Assembly (NCBI GenBank): GCA_951406725.2
Contig: OX597816.1
Location: 167,772,001 to 167,836,000, forward strand
DNA: 64,000 bases
Source: Octopus vulgaris
Taxonomy: Eukaryota
Reading direction: 5' to 3'
Part shown: positions 36,430-49,557 of the stretch, one piece after another
Layout of the letters: every line of letters starts with the position of its first letter
Numbering within the stretch: position 1 is the stretch's first letter
Notes under the pieces: model-generated
The model's database searches: none
Told to the model about the DNA's origin: nothing
The model's input: only the letters and a program-made list of their open reading frames with translations
Made by a program: the position numbers and the translations under genes

Positions 36430-37758
36430 CAGGGTGGTCCTAAAGTCTTGTCAACCCCAACTGAAAAGTAATAAGAACAGTAGAGCAACAATATAATATA
36501 AAACACATGTACGTACGTCAATACCAACATCAAAATAAAAATCAAATGGAATTGTAGTTAAGACACCCGTGCCGGTGACACGTAAAAAGCACCGTTCTAA
36601 ATGTGGCAGATGCCAGTGCCACCTGACTGGTGTCCGTGTCGGTGACACGTAAAAGCACCAACCGATCGTGGCCGTTTGCCAGCCCCTCTGGCCCCTGTGC
36701 CGGTGGCACGTAAAAAGCACCGTTCTAAATGTGGCAGATGCCAGTGCCACCTGACTGGTGTCCGTGTCGGTGACATGTAAAAGCACCAACCGATCGTGGC
36801 CGTTTGCCAGCCCCTCTGGCCCCTGTGCCGGTGGCACGTAAAAAGCACCGTTCTAAATGTGGCAGATGCCAGTGCCACCTGACTGGTGTCCGTGTCGGTG
36901 ACATGTAAAAGCACCAACCGATCGTGGCCGTTTGCCAGCCCCTCTGGCCCCTGTGCCGGTGGCACGTAAAAGCACCGTTCTAAATGTGGCAGATGCCAGT
37001 GCCACCTGACTGGTGTCCGTGTCGGTGACACGTAAAAGCACCAACCGATCGTGGCCGTTTGCCAGCCCCTCTGGCCCCTGTGGCGGTGGCACGTAAAAAG
37101 CACCGTTCTAAATGTGGCAGATGCCAGTGCCACCTGACTGGTGTCCGTGTCGGTGACACGTAAAAGCACCAACTGATCGTGGCCGTTTGCCAGCCCCTCT
37201 GGCCCCTGTGCCGGTGGCACGTAAAAAGCACCGTTCTAAATGTGGCAGATGCCAGTGCCACCTGACTGGTGTCCGTGTCGGTGACACGTAAAAGCACCAA
37301 CCGATCGTGGCCGTTTGCCAGCCCCTCTGGCCCCTGTGCCGGTGGCACGTAAAAAGCACCCACTACACTCATGGAGTGGTTGGTGTTAGGAAGGGCATCC
37401 AGCCGTAGAAACACTACCAGATCAGACTGGGCCTGGTGCAGCCTCCATGGCTTACCAGACCCCAGTTGAACTGTCCAACCCATGCTAGCATGGAAAACGG
37501 ACGTTAAATGATGATGACATTCATTGACACTGACACTGTTACACATCGAGAAGGTCTGTATGAGCACCATCATTTTCGTGGCACAAAATGATGCGACTCC
37601 ATGTCCTGTATGATAATTTACAAAGCTGTGCAAAGGTTGCCGAAACAGCATCCTTCAGCTGTTGGGTATTCTGGTATTGCTCTTGTGAAACTCTCTCCTT
37701 GATAATAGAAAATAAAGACAATATTTAAAGGTGGTTACAAGACTTTCGAACCACCCTG
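36430..37758 (-). mobile_element. Internally deleted Tc1/mariner element split by an RTE insertion
   Basis: TIRs CAGGGTGGTCCTAAAGTCTTGT / ACAAGACTTTCGAACCACCCTG with TA on both sides. Relic ...QQLKDAVSATFAQL...RIILCHENDGAHTD at 37539-37721. Confidence 0.8.
36579..37360 (+). repeat. Six near-identical 128-bp units inside an RTE 3' UTR (element ~36520-37517)
   Basis: TTCTAAATGTGG recurs at 36595, 36723, 36851, 36978, 37106 and 37234. Each unit is two ~64-bp modules. Confidence 0.95.
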
Positions 37759-37865
37759 TAGATTCCTCGGGCTCAAGTTTTATTTTGGTGCCATATCATA
37801 CCAGAATTCTAAAACAGAACATGTTAAATATTATAACATGGTAAATGTCAATAGGATTTTTTTAA

Positions 37866-38084
37866 CCATTTCATTACCAACCCAGCTGAAACCGGCTCTG
37901 GCTCTGAGTACAAATGTCTTGTTTTCATAAGTTCTTAATTGAAATCTTCCACCAAACTTTAGTCACAATTTATGTTCCTAACACTAACTGAATGATAACT
38001 AGTTCTTTTACTAAATTCTTTGTTATATTTAAAGTAATTGAAAGACACACAAAGCATCTCAAAATAAATACAGTAACGAAAGGG
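37866..38084. mobile_element. piggyBac-like MITE
   Basis: TTAA|CCATTTCATTAC...GTAACGAAAGGG|TTAA. A more degenerate relative follows at ~38104-38345. Confidence 0.75.
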
Positions 38085-38349
38085 TTAAACTGTTATATTT
38101 AAAACCCTTCTAAATGCTAATCTCCCTGAGACCGTTGTTAGTTTCTAGACTTCAAAATCTTCCATTTTAGAGTGTTCATATTTAAATTAAAACTTTCTAT
38201 TCTAATTTTATATAAAGAACTTTTTTATCAGTTATGTGCTAAACATTAGCTTAATAATGGTCCTTGTTTGTCCCCTCTATGTTTAGCCCCTTGTGGCTAA
38301 TAAAGAAACAAAATAAGGAAAAAGTGAATTACTTATTCAAATTCTTCCA

Positions 38350-38800
38350 AATCCTTGATCTTCCTACCCATTCCATCCATTTTGCTACTCACTCTTCCTG
38401 GAAGGGTCATGGGGGTAAAGTCTTCAGATACATCTTCATTAAACTTTCCTCCTGGATTCCCAAGCATGGTTAACTGAGACTATGGACATTATTGTACCAT
38501 CTTCCTCTTCGTCTACTCCAACGTTTTTTGCCAGTTGGCACAGCTTGAAGAATCTTTCTTGCAATCTCTTCCTATGGTATTGTAATCATGCCTGTTGTGC
38601 CAGAGCAGTGACCTCTCAATGCAAAGAAGTAGTGGATAATCTTCAAGAGACTCCCTGATCTTTGAACTCCACACCCTATCAAGTAACATTATCCAAGGGA
38701 TCCTTCAGAAGGACTCTATTTTGGTCTCTTACATTCATGTTTGTGCTCTTTTGATCATTACCTAACATTCATAATCTTGGGTGAAGAGGGGCACAAAATC
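38350..38800 (-). pseudogene. Old RTE/Expander-like LINE 3' relic
   Basis: Minus-strand pieces LLLCIERS..W and KILQAVPTGKKRWSRRRGRW resemble the RTE C-terminus. Confidence 0.5.
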
Positions 38801-39334
38801 TGCTTTTTTACCAACTTCTTTCCTTGATTATTCTTATATTTGAAACAATGTATTTTATTATAAATATCACAAAAGGATTAAGTAATAGATTGTTTTCTAA
38901 ATTCACAAGTAATATAGAAAATGTAAGCTAGAAATAGGCGTAGGAATGACTGAAACAAGTAAAAGAGTGAATGTATTGGCAGCTAACACACACATTAACC
39001 ATCATAGTAACAGAAAAGCAAAAAGCTCCAACTGTAAACAAGTTTATCTCTTAATTCTCTTTAATTTCTACTTGTAGTACTATTAAGTTACATAATTATC
39101 TTTAATTACTGCATTTGATGGCATAAATGATGCACAAGCATATTAGATGCATCTCAATGTCTGTTTTGCATATTCCGGTCAAAAAGTTTTTAGTGCATTA
39201 AAACATGTAATTATAGGACCTAGGATGATATTTTGAGTCATTTTTTGGAAAAAAGAAAATGCATCTTATATGTCACGCCATCAAATATTATATTTCTTTT
39301 TTAGTATTAAATCATTAGATTTTTATTAATAATA

Positions 39335-39582
39335 AAATAAATGTGCCCTTTTAATGCCTAGCCAGGCTCGTGGGCCCGGTTTCCATGGCGTATGTGTTCC
39401 CCGGCTGGACAGGACGCTAGTCCATCGCAGCGTTACTCATTTTTGCCAGCTGAGTGGACTGGAGCAATGTGAAATGAAGTGTTTTGCTCAAGAACACAAC
39501 TCATCGCCCGGTCCAGGAATCGAAACCACAATCTTACGATCACGATGCTGACACCCTAACCACTAAGCCATGTGCCTCCACA
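39335..39582 (-). mobile_element. tRNA-derived SINE, family B
   Basis: Monomer of the unit seen at 10329-10844. Confidence 0.85.
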
Positions 39583-39809
39583 GATTTTTATTACAAAGCA
39601 TATATTTATTTCACATTTTTCACACAGTTTCTAAGCATATATCAGTTAAGAGGATCTATACTTCATATTTGATAATTTTTTCTTCATTATCTGAATATAA
39701 AGAAACCAAAACACCTCCATGAAGTTAATTTGTATTTAAAGAGAAGCTAGAGAGGAATTAGCAAATTATTATGATGAATGATCATTTTCGCCATTTTCAT
39801 TATCATACT

Positions 39810-40225
39810 CTCTCTTACTCTTTTACTTGTTTCAGTCATTTGACTGCGGCCATGCTGGAGCACCGCCTTTTGGTCGAGCAAATCGACCCCGGGACTTAAG
39901 CCCAGTACTTATTCTATCGGTCTCTATTGCCGAACCGCTAAGTGACGGGGACGTAAACACACCAGCATCGGTTGTCAAGCAATGCTGGGGGACAAACAAC
40001 AAACAAACACATACACACACACACACATATATATAAATATATATATATATACACATATATACGACAGGCTTCTTTCAGTTTCCGTCTACCAAATCCACTC
40101 ACAAGGCATTGGTCGGCCCGGGGCTATAGCAGAAGACACTTGCCCAAGATGCCACGCAGTGGGACTGAACCCGGAACCATGTGGTTGGTTAGCAAGCTAC
40201 TTACCACACAGCCACTCCTGCACCT
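39810..40225 (-). mobile_element. tRNA-derived SINE, family A
   Basis: Full family A structure. Confidence 0.85.
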
Positions 40226-41939
40226 CAATATTTATCTATTGAGCAGTTTGTGTCAGCTTGTTCCTCCTCAACCAGTAAAGTTGCTTTGTGTTTATGTATG
40301 TCATTGTTCCTTTTATAACCTAACAGATTTTTCATGAAATTTGTGGTTAAGCATTGTCATAAGTTACCTCCTTGGCCCCAGCAGACAAATAGAAAAGGCA
40401 CATCTCCTTCACCAGCAAAGTCATAAATTCTTTTGAGTTTGCTGCTGTTAGTCCACCTGAAAGAGGTTGCTTCAATATAATGGTGATCAAAGTTGGAATT
40501 TTGAACTCAGAATCTACAGCTTGGGAACAGATGCCAGAAGGCATCTTGTCCGACTGGCAATTCCTCCAAACCCTTACCCTGGTCTGTGCTATATGAATGT
40601 GACTTAATCTGTCATCTTAGTTACATACTACCTGGTATCTTAGGGGCTTTAAATGGAGCCCACTCTGTTGCAATCATTTAAGCCAGATTTCCTATTTGAT
40701 AGTACCACCTTCCTATCAATCTCAGAGACCCTGTAACAGGTGATGAGGTCTGCCTTTCCTCCTGACAAGAAGATAAAACAAAAGCATAATAAATGCAAGG
40801 ATTCAGTCTTTGGTGATGCTAAAGTGCTAATAATAGCAATCCTTTCTACTTTAGGCACAAGGCCTGAAATTTTGAAGTGAGGGGCAAGTCGAGTACATTG
40901 ACCCCCAGTGTTTAGCTAGGGTCAATGTATTCATCAGCCATGAAAGGCAAAGTCAACCTCAGTGGAATTTGAACCCAGAATGTAAAGTCATGGAATATTG
41001 CCAAGCATTTTACACAGCATGCTAATAATTCTGCCAGTATGCTGCCTAATAATGATAATAATAATTGTATCTGATTTAGGTACAAAACTGGAAATTTTTA
41101 AGGGCAGGAATTATTGGATAGTTGATCAGTACTCTGTTTTATCAAGTTATGATAAATTTTGAGTTCCGATTACACCTGGGTCAAGAGAAGTCAACCTTGG
41201 TGCAATGTGAACACAGATTGCAAGGAGTTAGAAGTACCAGAAGGTATTTTGTCTGACACTGATGATACTACTAACCCATTGTCCTTAGAGAATAGTTTCT
41301 AACACAAACACAAGGCCTGAAATTGTGAGAAGTGGAGCAGATGATATCATTGACCCCATTACTTAACTAGTACTTTATCTTATTGATCCGTTATAGGTTG
41401 AAAGGCAAAGTTAACCTCAGAATATAGAGGGCTACCTAAATACCAGAATAAATTTTATTAGAATCTCTAATAGATATTACCATTAGAAATTTTAGTATTC
41501 TTTCTAATTTTGGTATTTTACTCTGAAACAATTAAAGGATTAAAGGCAAAGTTGATTTCAGTAGGATTTGAACTCAGAACATAATAAATTGAAATAAATA
41601 CCAATAAGCATTTGTCAGATATGTAAATGCTTTGCCACCTTTTGCTGCTCTAATATTGATCTCAAGTTTTGGCACAAGGCCAGCAATTTAGGGGAAGGGG
41701 ATAAATCTGGTCTTTCACACTTACCCTACAATGACATTCTAAATCCTCAAAATCACAAAGTTAGGAGATAATGCATTCAATATACAAAACAATAAATAAG
41801 CATAAAATTTGGTAGAGTAATCTGAATGTTAAAGAGTTTGATTATTAAGCTGTTGGCAAATGCTCAAACCCTTCCCACAACTTTCTCCCCATTTTTTTCT
41901 CTTTTTCTTTTAGTTTTTAGGTTAGATACATTATTTCTT

Positions 41940-42351
41940 ATTTCCTTATCGCCCACAAGGGGCTAAACAGAGAGGGGACAAACAAGGACAAATGGATTAA
42001 GTCGATTACATCGACTCCAGTGCGTAACTGGCATTTAATTTATCAACCCCGAAAGGATGAAAGACAAAGTCGACCTCGGCGGAATTTGAACTCAGAACGT
42101 AAAGACAGACGAAATACCTATTTCTTTACTACCTACAAGGGGCTAAACACAGAGAGGACAAACAAGGACAGACAAACGGATTAAGTTGATTACATCGACT
42201 CTAGTGCCTAACTGGTACTTAATTTATCAACCCCGAAAAGATGAAAGGCAAAGTTGACCTCGGCGGAATTGGAACTCAGAACGTAGCGGGAAACGAAATA
42301 CGGCTACGCATTTCGCCCGGCGTGCTAACATTTCTGCCAGCTCGCCGCCTT
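41940..42351 (-). mobile_element. SINE family C with a duplicated ~180-bp 3' part
   Basis: ACAAGGGGCTAAACA...GAACTCAGAACGTA occurs twice, with a single head. Confidence 0.8.
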
Positions 42352-42732
42352 TTCTATTTTCTATAATTCTGACGAGATGAAAATGATTTAAATTATCACT
42401 TGCTTTTTCATAGTTAAGTGCCAAGCATTAAGAATATTAAAAATAACGTTCTATTTAAAAACTTATTCAAACAATTCAACCAAACTATTCAATCTTTACT
42501 CCTATTAAACACCTTTTTGGTTTATTTTTTCTTCTTTTAATAAAGAAAACAGTGGTGCTATCTATCTATATATATATACACATAGGTGAATGAATTCTCT
42601 TCCATATAACTATAATTATAATTGAAGCCTTGTGAATTCTTAAGGCTTTCTACTAAGCCTTTCTCATTTGATTAGGCTGTGCACCTTTCATTCATTACCA
42701 CTTTGAGCCTTTTATTGAATGAATGTATATAG

Positions 42733-42767
<35 letters not shown>

Positions 42768-43056
42768 AAAACAAATTATTTATTTGTTATCTATTTATTA
42801 TTACTAATTGTGTTTGTGTGGAGTTGAAAAGCTGAAAAGATGTCAAATATCCACAGCTGTTACCAATTTAGTTTAACAGCAGGATATACATACATACCTA
42901 CAATCATGCATACATTCTTATATATATAGTGGGTTACTTTCATAACCCCTATCTTACTTTGTACTATATATATATAGATGATGATGATGATGATGATATA
43001 TATATATATATATATATATAGTACAAAGTAAGATAGGGGTTATGAAAGTAACCCAC

Positions 43057-43129
<73 letters not shown>

Positions 43130-43146
43130 GTATATTTATATATATG

Positions 43147-43187
<41 letters not shown>

Positions 43188-43634
43188 ATATATATACATA
43201 TTTAGACAGATACATACATATACATACATATACACATATATATGAATATATATATGTATATACACACACACACATATATAATATAATATATATATACATA
43301 TATAGACACATACATACACATACATATACATATATATATGAATATATGTATATATAATCAGTTTGTTTTATATGACTTGATTTTTGTGTTTGGTACTTTA
43401 TACCTACAAAACATTTTTTTTTATTTTAATTTTTATTTTGATAAAGATCTGTTGTATTGATTGAATGATAATAAAATGATATCACTTTGTTTATCAATTT
43501 TGTTTATTATTTTTCATTGCAGTATTTGTATTTATTTCTCCATATTTGCATGGCTTAGATGTGTCCTAGTACAGCAACATTCAAATTAATTTTAATTTTG
43601 GTGATTTAACATTTAACATACATACCTGTTAGAT

Positions 43635-43880
43635 GACATGCCTACAAAGTCAGAAAACAACACAGCTCCCATGACTTTCGGAAACATTTCTTCACGCTCA
43701 GAGTTGCTGAAGCATGGAATAAACTGCCTGCGTCAGTTGTTGACTGCCATGACACTGCATCCTTTAAGGCCCTCATGCTTCCCGAAATCCGTCGAAACTA
43801 CACCTGATTATATATGCACTTTAGATGAGTGGTAGTGCACCTGAGCACTGTACACAATGTTTATTATTATTATTATTATA
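43635..43880 (+). mobile_element. CR1-type LINE 3' end
   Basis: HAYKVRKQHSSHDFRKHFFTLRVAEAWNKLPASVV followed by a (TTA)n tail. Same family as 11440-11715. Confidence 0.8.
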
Positions 43881-43952
43881 TTGTCTCAGATTGCACCATC
43901 ACTATATCAGTCAGAATAGCAAAAGCATGGAATGCACTGGACAAATTGAAAA

Positions 43953-44341
43953 TCTCTCTTTATATAAAGCTGAAGTTGTCTGTGTATGGCAGGTTTGGTA
44001 GCCTTCAACTAACACTATCTCCTCCAAGACCCTGCGGCACAAGTTGACCAAAATTGAGAGTATGATAGAAGGCTTGCTCTTCCTTCTGTAGAAGGTTCAA
44101 TTCAAATCGGACCATGTTAACACCAAAAATTATTTACATCAAAAAGGTGCTTTTTTTCTATGAAAATCCTTATTTTTTACGATTTTTTAACTACTGTGTC
44201 GCCATTTCTCAGTGTATTTCAACCAGAAAAATGTTTACTTAAAGAGAATGACAAGCTACATAATGCAAAATTTTTACTTTTCAAAAATTCCACTTCTAAA
44301 GGGTCGAAACAAACCTGAGCAACGCCGGGCGATACTGCCAG
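43953..44341 (+). mobile_element. Non-autonomous Helitron inserted at A|T in a LINE relic
   Basis: 5' A|TCTCTCTTTATATAAAG. 3' hairpin CCTGAGCAACGCCGGG then CCAG|T. No TSD. Removing it restores RIAKAWNALDKLKIIYKS...IVESILLYS. Confidence 0.75.
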
Positions 44342-44974
44342 TAATTTATAAGTCTATACTTCCCAAACAGATGAAAATGGAATTCTCCAGAGGTATAGTG
44401 GAATCAATTCTTCTTTACAGTTCATCAGCATGATGAAAAGATAGATAGAGAGATTGATAGATAAATAGATAGATTGATAGATGGATGGACGGACAGGCTG
44501 GTGGGCTCAGAATTAAGTGCTGCCAGGTTTTGGAATGAACAGAATATCATCATCACCATCATCTTTGTAATATCCACTCTTCCATGCTAGCATGTGTTCA
44601 ACAGAGTTTACTGAGGCAGATTTATTTTCTATGGCTGAATGCTCTCCCTGTCACCAACCCTTACTTGCTACCAAGCAAGGTAATCATTCCCCATGGTCAG
44701 ACATGTTTCCACAGAATACTGGAAATGAGTGACATTTTTAACCATTACATGCCATCCATTTGTACTTTAAGCACATTTTCAAAAAAGACAAATGAAAAAT
44801 ATTGTCGGGATTAGAAGATAAATTCTAATACCAACATTGTACTATCAGTGTTGAAATAGGTTATGACTCAGAATGCCTGTGTATTAACAGGTACAATGTT
44901 TCAATCAGATTTCACCTCCCCAGTAACAAATACTTTAGAGATTCTGAGCATAGCTAAAAAATTATTCTGATATC

Positions 44975-45600
44975 GATTTCTTTACTACCCACAAGGGGCT
45001 AAACACAGAGGGGACAAACAAGGACAGACGAACGGATTAAGTCGATTGCATTGACCCCAGTGCATAACTGGTACTTATTTAATCGACCCCAAAAGGATGA
45101 AAGGCAAAGTCGACCTTGGCGGAATTTGAACTCAGAACATAATGACAGACAAAATACCTATTTCTTTACTACCCACAAGGGGCTAAACACAGAGGGGACA
45201 AACAAGGACAGACGAACGGATAAAGTCGATTGCATCGACCCCAGTGCTTAACTGGTACTTATTTAATCGACCCCAAAAGGATGAAAGGCAAAGTCGACCT
45301 TGGCTGAATTTGAACTCAGAACATAATGACAGACAAAATACCTATTTCTTTACTACCCACAAGGGGCTAAACACAGAGGGGACAAACAAGGACAGACGAA
45401 CGGATTAAGTCGATTGCATCGACCCCAGTGCTTAACTGGTACTTATTTAATCGACCCCGAAAAGATGAAAGGCGAAGTTGACTTCGGTAGAATTTGAACT
45501 CAGAATGTAAAGACAGGCGAGATACCTATTTCTTTACTACCCACAAGAAATACAGCTACGCATTTTGCCCAGCATGCTAACGTTTCTGCCAGCTCGCCAC
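44975..45600 (-). repeat. Tandem array (three ~184-bp units) of the SINE family C 3' part
   Basis: TTTCTTTACTACCCACAAG recurs at ~44977, 45162, 45344 and 45528. Confidence 0.9.
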
Positions 45601-45989
45601 AATCATCCTGGTGAGCTTTCTCAGACATTTTAAACCTGTGCATGCCATCCATTTTGGTCCTGCATTAGTTGAGGAATTCTTCAGGGAAGCATTCAGTATA
45701 TCTGATGATTTGATCTACATATGTTGTGTTTAGACTACTTGCTCAAGTATGGCAATGCTTCAGTATCCATAACAGTATGTCACTTGCCAGCTCTTGTTGA
45801 GCTTGCAACATTGTCCCACAAAGTGCAAGTGCCTTTTCCTTTTAATAGCGGAAACTGGCAGGAGATCTCCATACAGCTGCTTCTGTGAGAAACAGCTGTT
45901 CTGACATAGTAATTAGTAAGCAAAACAATTACTGATTGTAATGGAAGCTAACCAGGCTAGAATTAAACGATAATGATGATAATACTCTC

Positions 45990-46413
45990 TCTTTACTCTT
46001 TTACTCTTTTACTTGTTTCAGTCATTTGACTGCGGCCATGCTGGAGCACCGCCTTTAGTCGAGCAAATCGACCCCGGGACTTATTCTTTGTAAGCCCAGT
46101 ACTTATTCTATCGGTCTCTTTTGCCGAACCGCTAAGCGACGGGCACGTAAACACACCAGCATCGGTTGTCAAGCAATGCTAGGGGAAGACAAACACAGAC
46201 ACACAAACATATACACACACACTTATATATACATATATATACATATATACGACAGGCTTCGTTCAGTTTCCGTCTACCAAATCCACTCACAAGGCATTGG
46301 TCGGCCCGGGGCTATAGCAGAAGACACTTGCCCAAGATGCCACGCAGTGGGACTGAACCCGGAAACCATGCGGTTGGTTAGCAAGCTACTTACCACACAG
46401 CCACTCCTGCGCC
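45990..46413 (-). mobile_element. tRNA-derived SINE, family A
   Basis: Full family A structure. Confidence 0.85.
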
Positions 46414-46645
46414 TATATATGTGAAGATCCATTTAACATACAGGGTACTCATCCACATTAATATCTAAAAAGAGGCTAGTATAAGGGATAGTATAAGAAC
46501 ATAAGTGAAGCCTGGTGCAGTCTTCTGGTTTGCCAGCACCTGTCAAACCATCCAGGCTATGCCAGCGTGGATAATGGATGCTAAATGATGACAGTGACAA
46601 CAATATTGAATCAGCTGTTTAAAATAATCTACCTTTTTATTATAT

Positions 46646-46680
<35 letters not shown>

Positions 46681-46889
46681 TTGCAAGCCATAAAAAGTGA
46701 GAGCATTTGTAAAACGTAATTTGGGAGACACAGGTGTTGAGCTGGCCCATCTAAAAACATTGCTACTCTGAGTTGCTGCCCAGGGTCCCTACAGGCCTAG
46801 GAGTTCAATTCATACCTATGTATGATGTGGTTTGCTGTCGATAAATAAATACTATAGTTCACAGTGTATTAATTTGCCCAGGTAACTAC

Positions 46890-47070
46890 AACGTATCAGG
46901 ATAATTACCCCAAGACAATTCCCCCGGACGACAACTACGCCCTAAGTTAATTACCCCCTCTCCAATATATTAAGGAGTTTTAAATCATCAGCTGTTGTCC
47001 TCAGGGGTAATTGTCCTTTGGTGGGGAGAAGGTTTATTGTCCAGGTGGCGGGGGGGTTATGTCCTAGACT
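46890..47070. mobile_element. Small element made of GGA(C/T)AA(T/C)TACCCC-like motifs in both orientations
   Basis: GGATAATTACCCC-type motifs on the left and GGGGTAATTGTCC-type motifs on the right. Confidence 0.4.
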
Positions 47071-47232
47071 CGACTACAATGCTGCTAAAGTGGCTCTGGT
47101 GTTGAACTGAAAAAGGAAATTATAAGGCTGAGAACACTGAGCTGTTGCAATAAATACAGTCATTTGCTCAAGCATTTGTTGTACATTGTATCTATAATGG
47201 ATAATCAGACCTATTGACATGAGAAGATGGAA

Positions 47233-47680
47233 CATCATCATCATCATCATCGTTTAACGTCTGCTTTCCATGCTGGCATGGGTTGGACGATTTTGACTGA
47301 GGACTGGTGAACCAGATGGCTGCACCAGGCTCCAATCTTGATTTGGCAGAGTTTCTACAGCTGGATGCCCTTCCTAATGCCAACCATTCTGAGAGTGTTG
47401 TGGGTGCTTCTATGTGCCACCGGCATGAGGGTCAGTCAGGCAGCACTGGCAACGGCCATGCTCAAATGGTGCTTCTTACATGCCACCTGCACAGGAGCCA
47501 GTCCAGTGGCACTGGCAACAACCTCGCTCAAATGTTTTTTTCACATGCCACCAGCACAAGTGCCAGTAAGGCGATGCTGGTAACGATCACGCTTGAATGG
47601 TGCTTTTTACGTGCCACCGGCATGGAAGCCAGTTAGCCACTCTGGCAACAATCACACTCGTATGGTGCTCTTAGCCCTAT
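47233..47680 (-). mobile_element. RTE 3' UTR copy
   Basis: (ATC)n tail, shared core and four modules. Similar to 2885-3200 and 9660-9945. Confidence 0.75.
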
Positions 47681-49557
47681 TGTCTACAAGCTCAACCATC
47701 TCTCTTGTCTAAACAAGGTTTAAATAGGTATGACTAAAACAATATCTTATTTCAGAACAAATATCTTTCATTAACAGATAAAATATATATGAATATAACA
47801 AAACAGTTGCTGCATCTACTATTAAAGTAAGGATTTTCTTTATCAGGAAGCAATAAATTCTTAGTTTTTAACATAATTTTTGATAACAAGTAACCATTAG
47901 AAAGTCATAACCAGAGCTGAAGAATTGCTGGTTGAAACCCTATCATTGATACTGTACTATGTCCATGGTTAAGATACTTAACTCTAGTTGACCTAATCAG
48001 TGTAGTTGTAAATAGATACCCTAATAAGATGCTCTTTAATCCATAAACAATAGGATATGTCTTCTGAAATTTCAATGTAGAACATTTCCCAGTGATCAAT
48101 GCTCCTGACAAGAAGTCAAATGGATTAATTCTATTAACCAGAATTTATTGACTGAATAATATCTCTGAACTGTCTTCTATTGTCATTGTTAGCCAGAAAG
48201 AAAGAAAAAAGAAACAAGCAAAAATATGTGTGCAATGTGACATAATTAGATGTGTACCACCTGGTGCTCTGATTTCTTCCCACCATAAATGCCTCATGTT
48301 GTGGCTGTATAGTTATATATTACATACCAAGTATCACCTTCTCAAAGCAACATTGAAACATGATATAAAGCTAAATACTACTTTATTTATGATCAATTAA
48401 GTTATATTCAGTTATAATTAAGATAGCATTAACATGGAATGAAATGAAAACACAATTAAAAATTTTTAACATACCAAAGCAAGTTTGAGTGTTTTACAAC
48501 CTTAAGTATAGAAAGAAAGTGAAGACACAAAATCTTTAGCATAAAGTAACATTGAAGAGCTTTTAGTGAGTTGGGTTGTTCTATGAAATGCAGTTTAATG
48601 CCTGATAATATAATGTCTTTTGATTAGAAGTCAGGATGAATATCAATAAGAAAATACAGAGGCAAGTTAAGATTTACCACACTGCAACATTTATTTCCAT
48701 TGCTAAAGTGAATACATCAACTGGCATAACAAATGGAAGTCTGTCAAAAACTTTACATGGTTTCACAATGTTTCTCGAAGTTGAAGCTAAATGTTAGAAG
48801 AAACACAAAACACAGCATCAGAGGTTCTGGTTACAAATCTCTTCTTGTAGAAGTTGCAAAGTGGAATACACTGCTCTCATTGTCAAAGATCCAACTTGCT
48901 CATAGCCAATTCACCTCCCTCTGGAATTAGGGGGAAAATCGTCCCTTAAATAGCTGATGTAGAAATGCTAAGTTAGTTTATTATGTTAAGGAGTGGACAG
49001 TCCATGTAAAGCTAAATAGACTTGACCATCACACGATGAACCAAAAATAGGAAGCTAAAAGTAAGAAGCCACAATGTGGGTAGCTAAAGGTAAAGAGCGA
49101 TCATGCTTCTGCTGCATGCTATCAAGTTAATTTAGAGGACTATCTTGTTGTTTTGAGGAATGAGGGTTCTGCAGAATACAGCTGCACAATGTTCTCAGTT
49201 CAATGTTTTGTCGTGTCATCTCATTTTGGAATTTAGACCTATCTGGAAATTTGCAGATACTGTTGCAGACATTGTAATAGTGATCTTCAGTACATGGAAT
49301 TAGATGGTTCTACACTTAGTTCTTTTCTCCTTCAGGGTGTTGATCTTGGCTACCTCAAAGCTAGAGATGGCTTAGTGGTTAGAGCATTTCCACTGGGAAC
49401 TCTTCAGTACTTTTGATTTGCATGTCTTCAGATTATCTTGCGGGTTTTCAAGATCTTTAGAGTGCCCTTGTAACAGAGCTGTGAGCAGCCTTGGTGCCTG
49501 GAACCAGAGTATGCATACCACATGGCCATTCCAACTCAGTTGTGCTTTAATAAATTC

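Noticed and set aside
36579-37360. CRISPR-like repeat-spacer array
   Set aside because: The spacers are identical or homologous to each other, the array lies in an RTE 3' UTR, there are no cas genes, and the context is eukaryotic.
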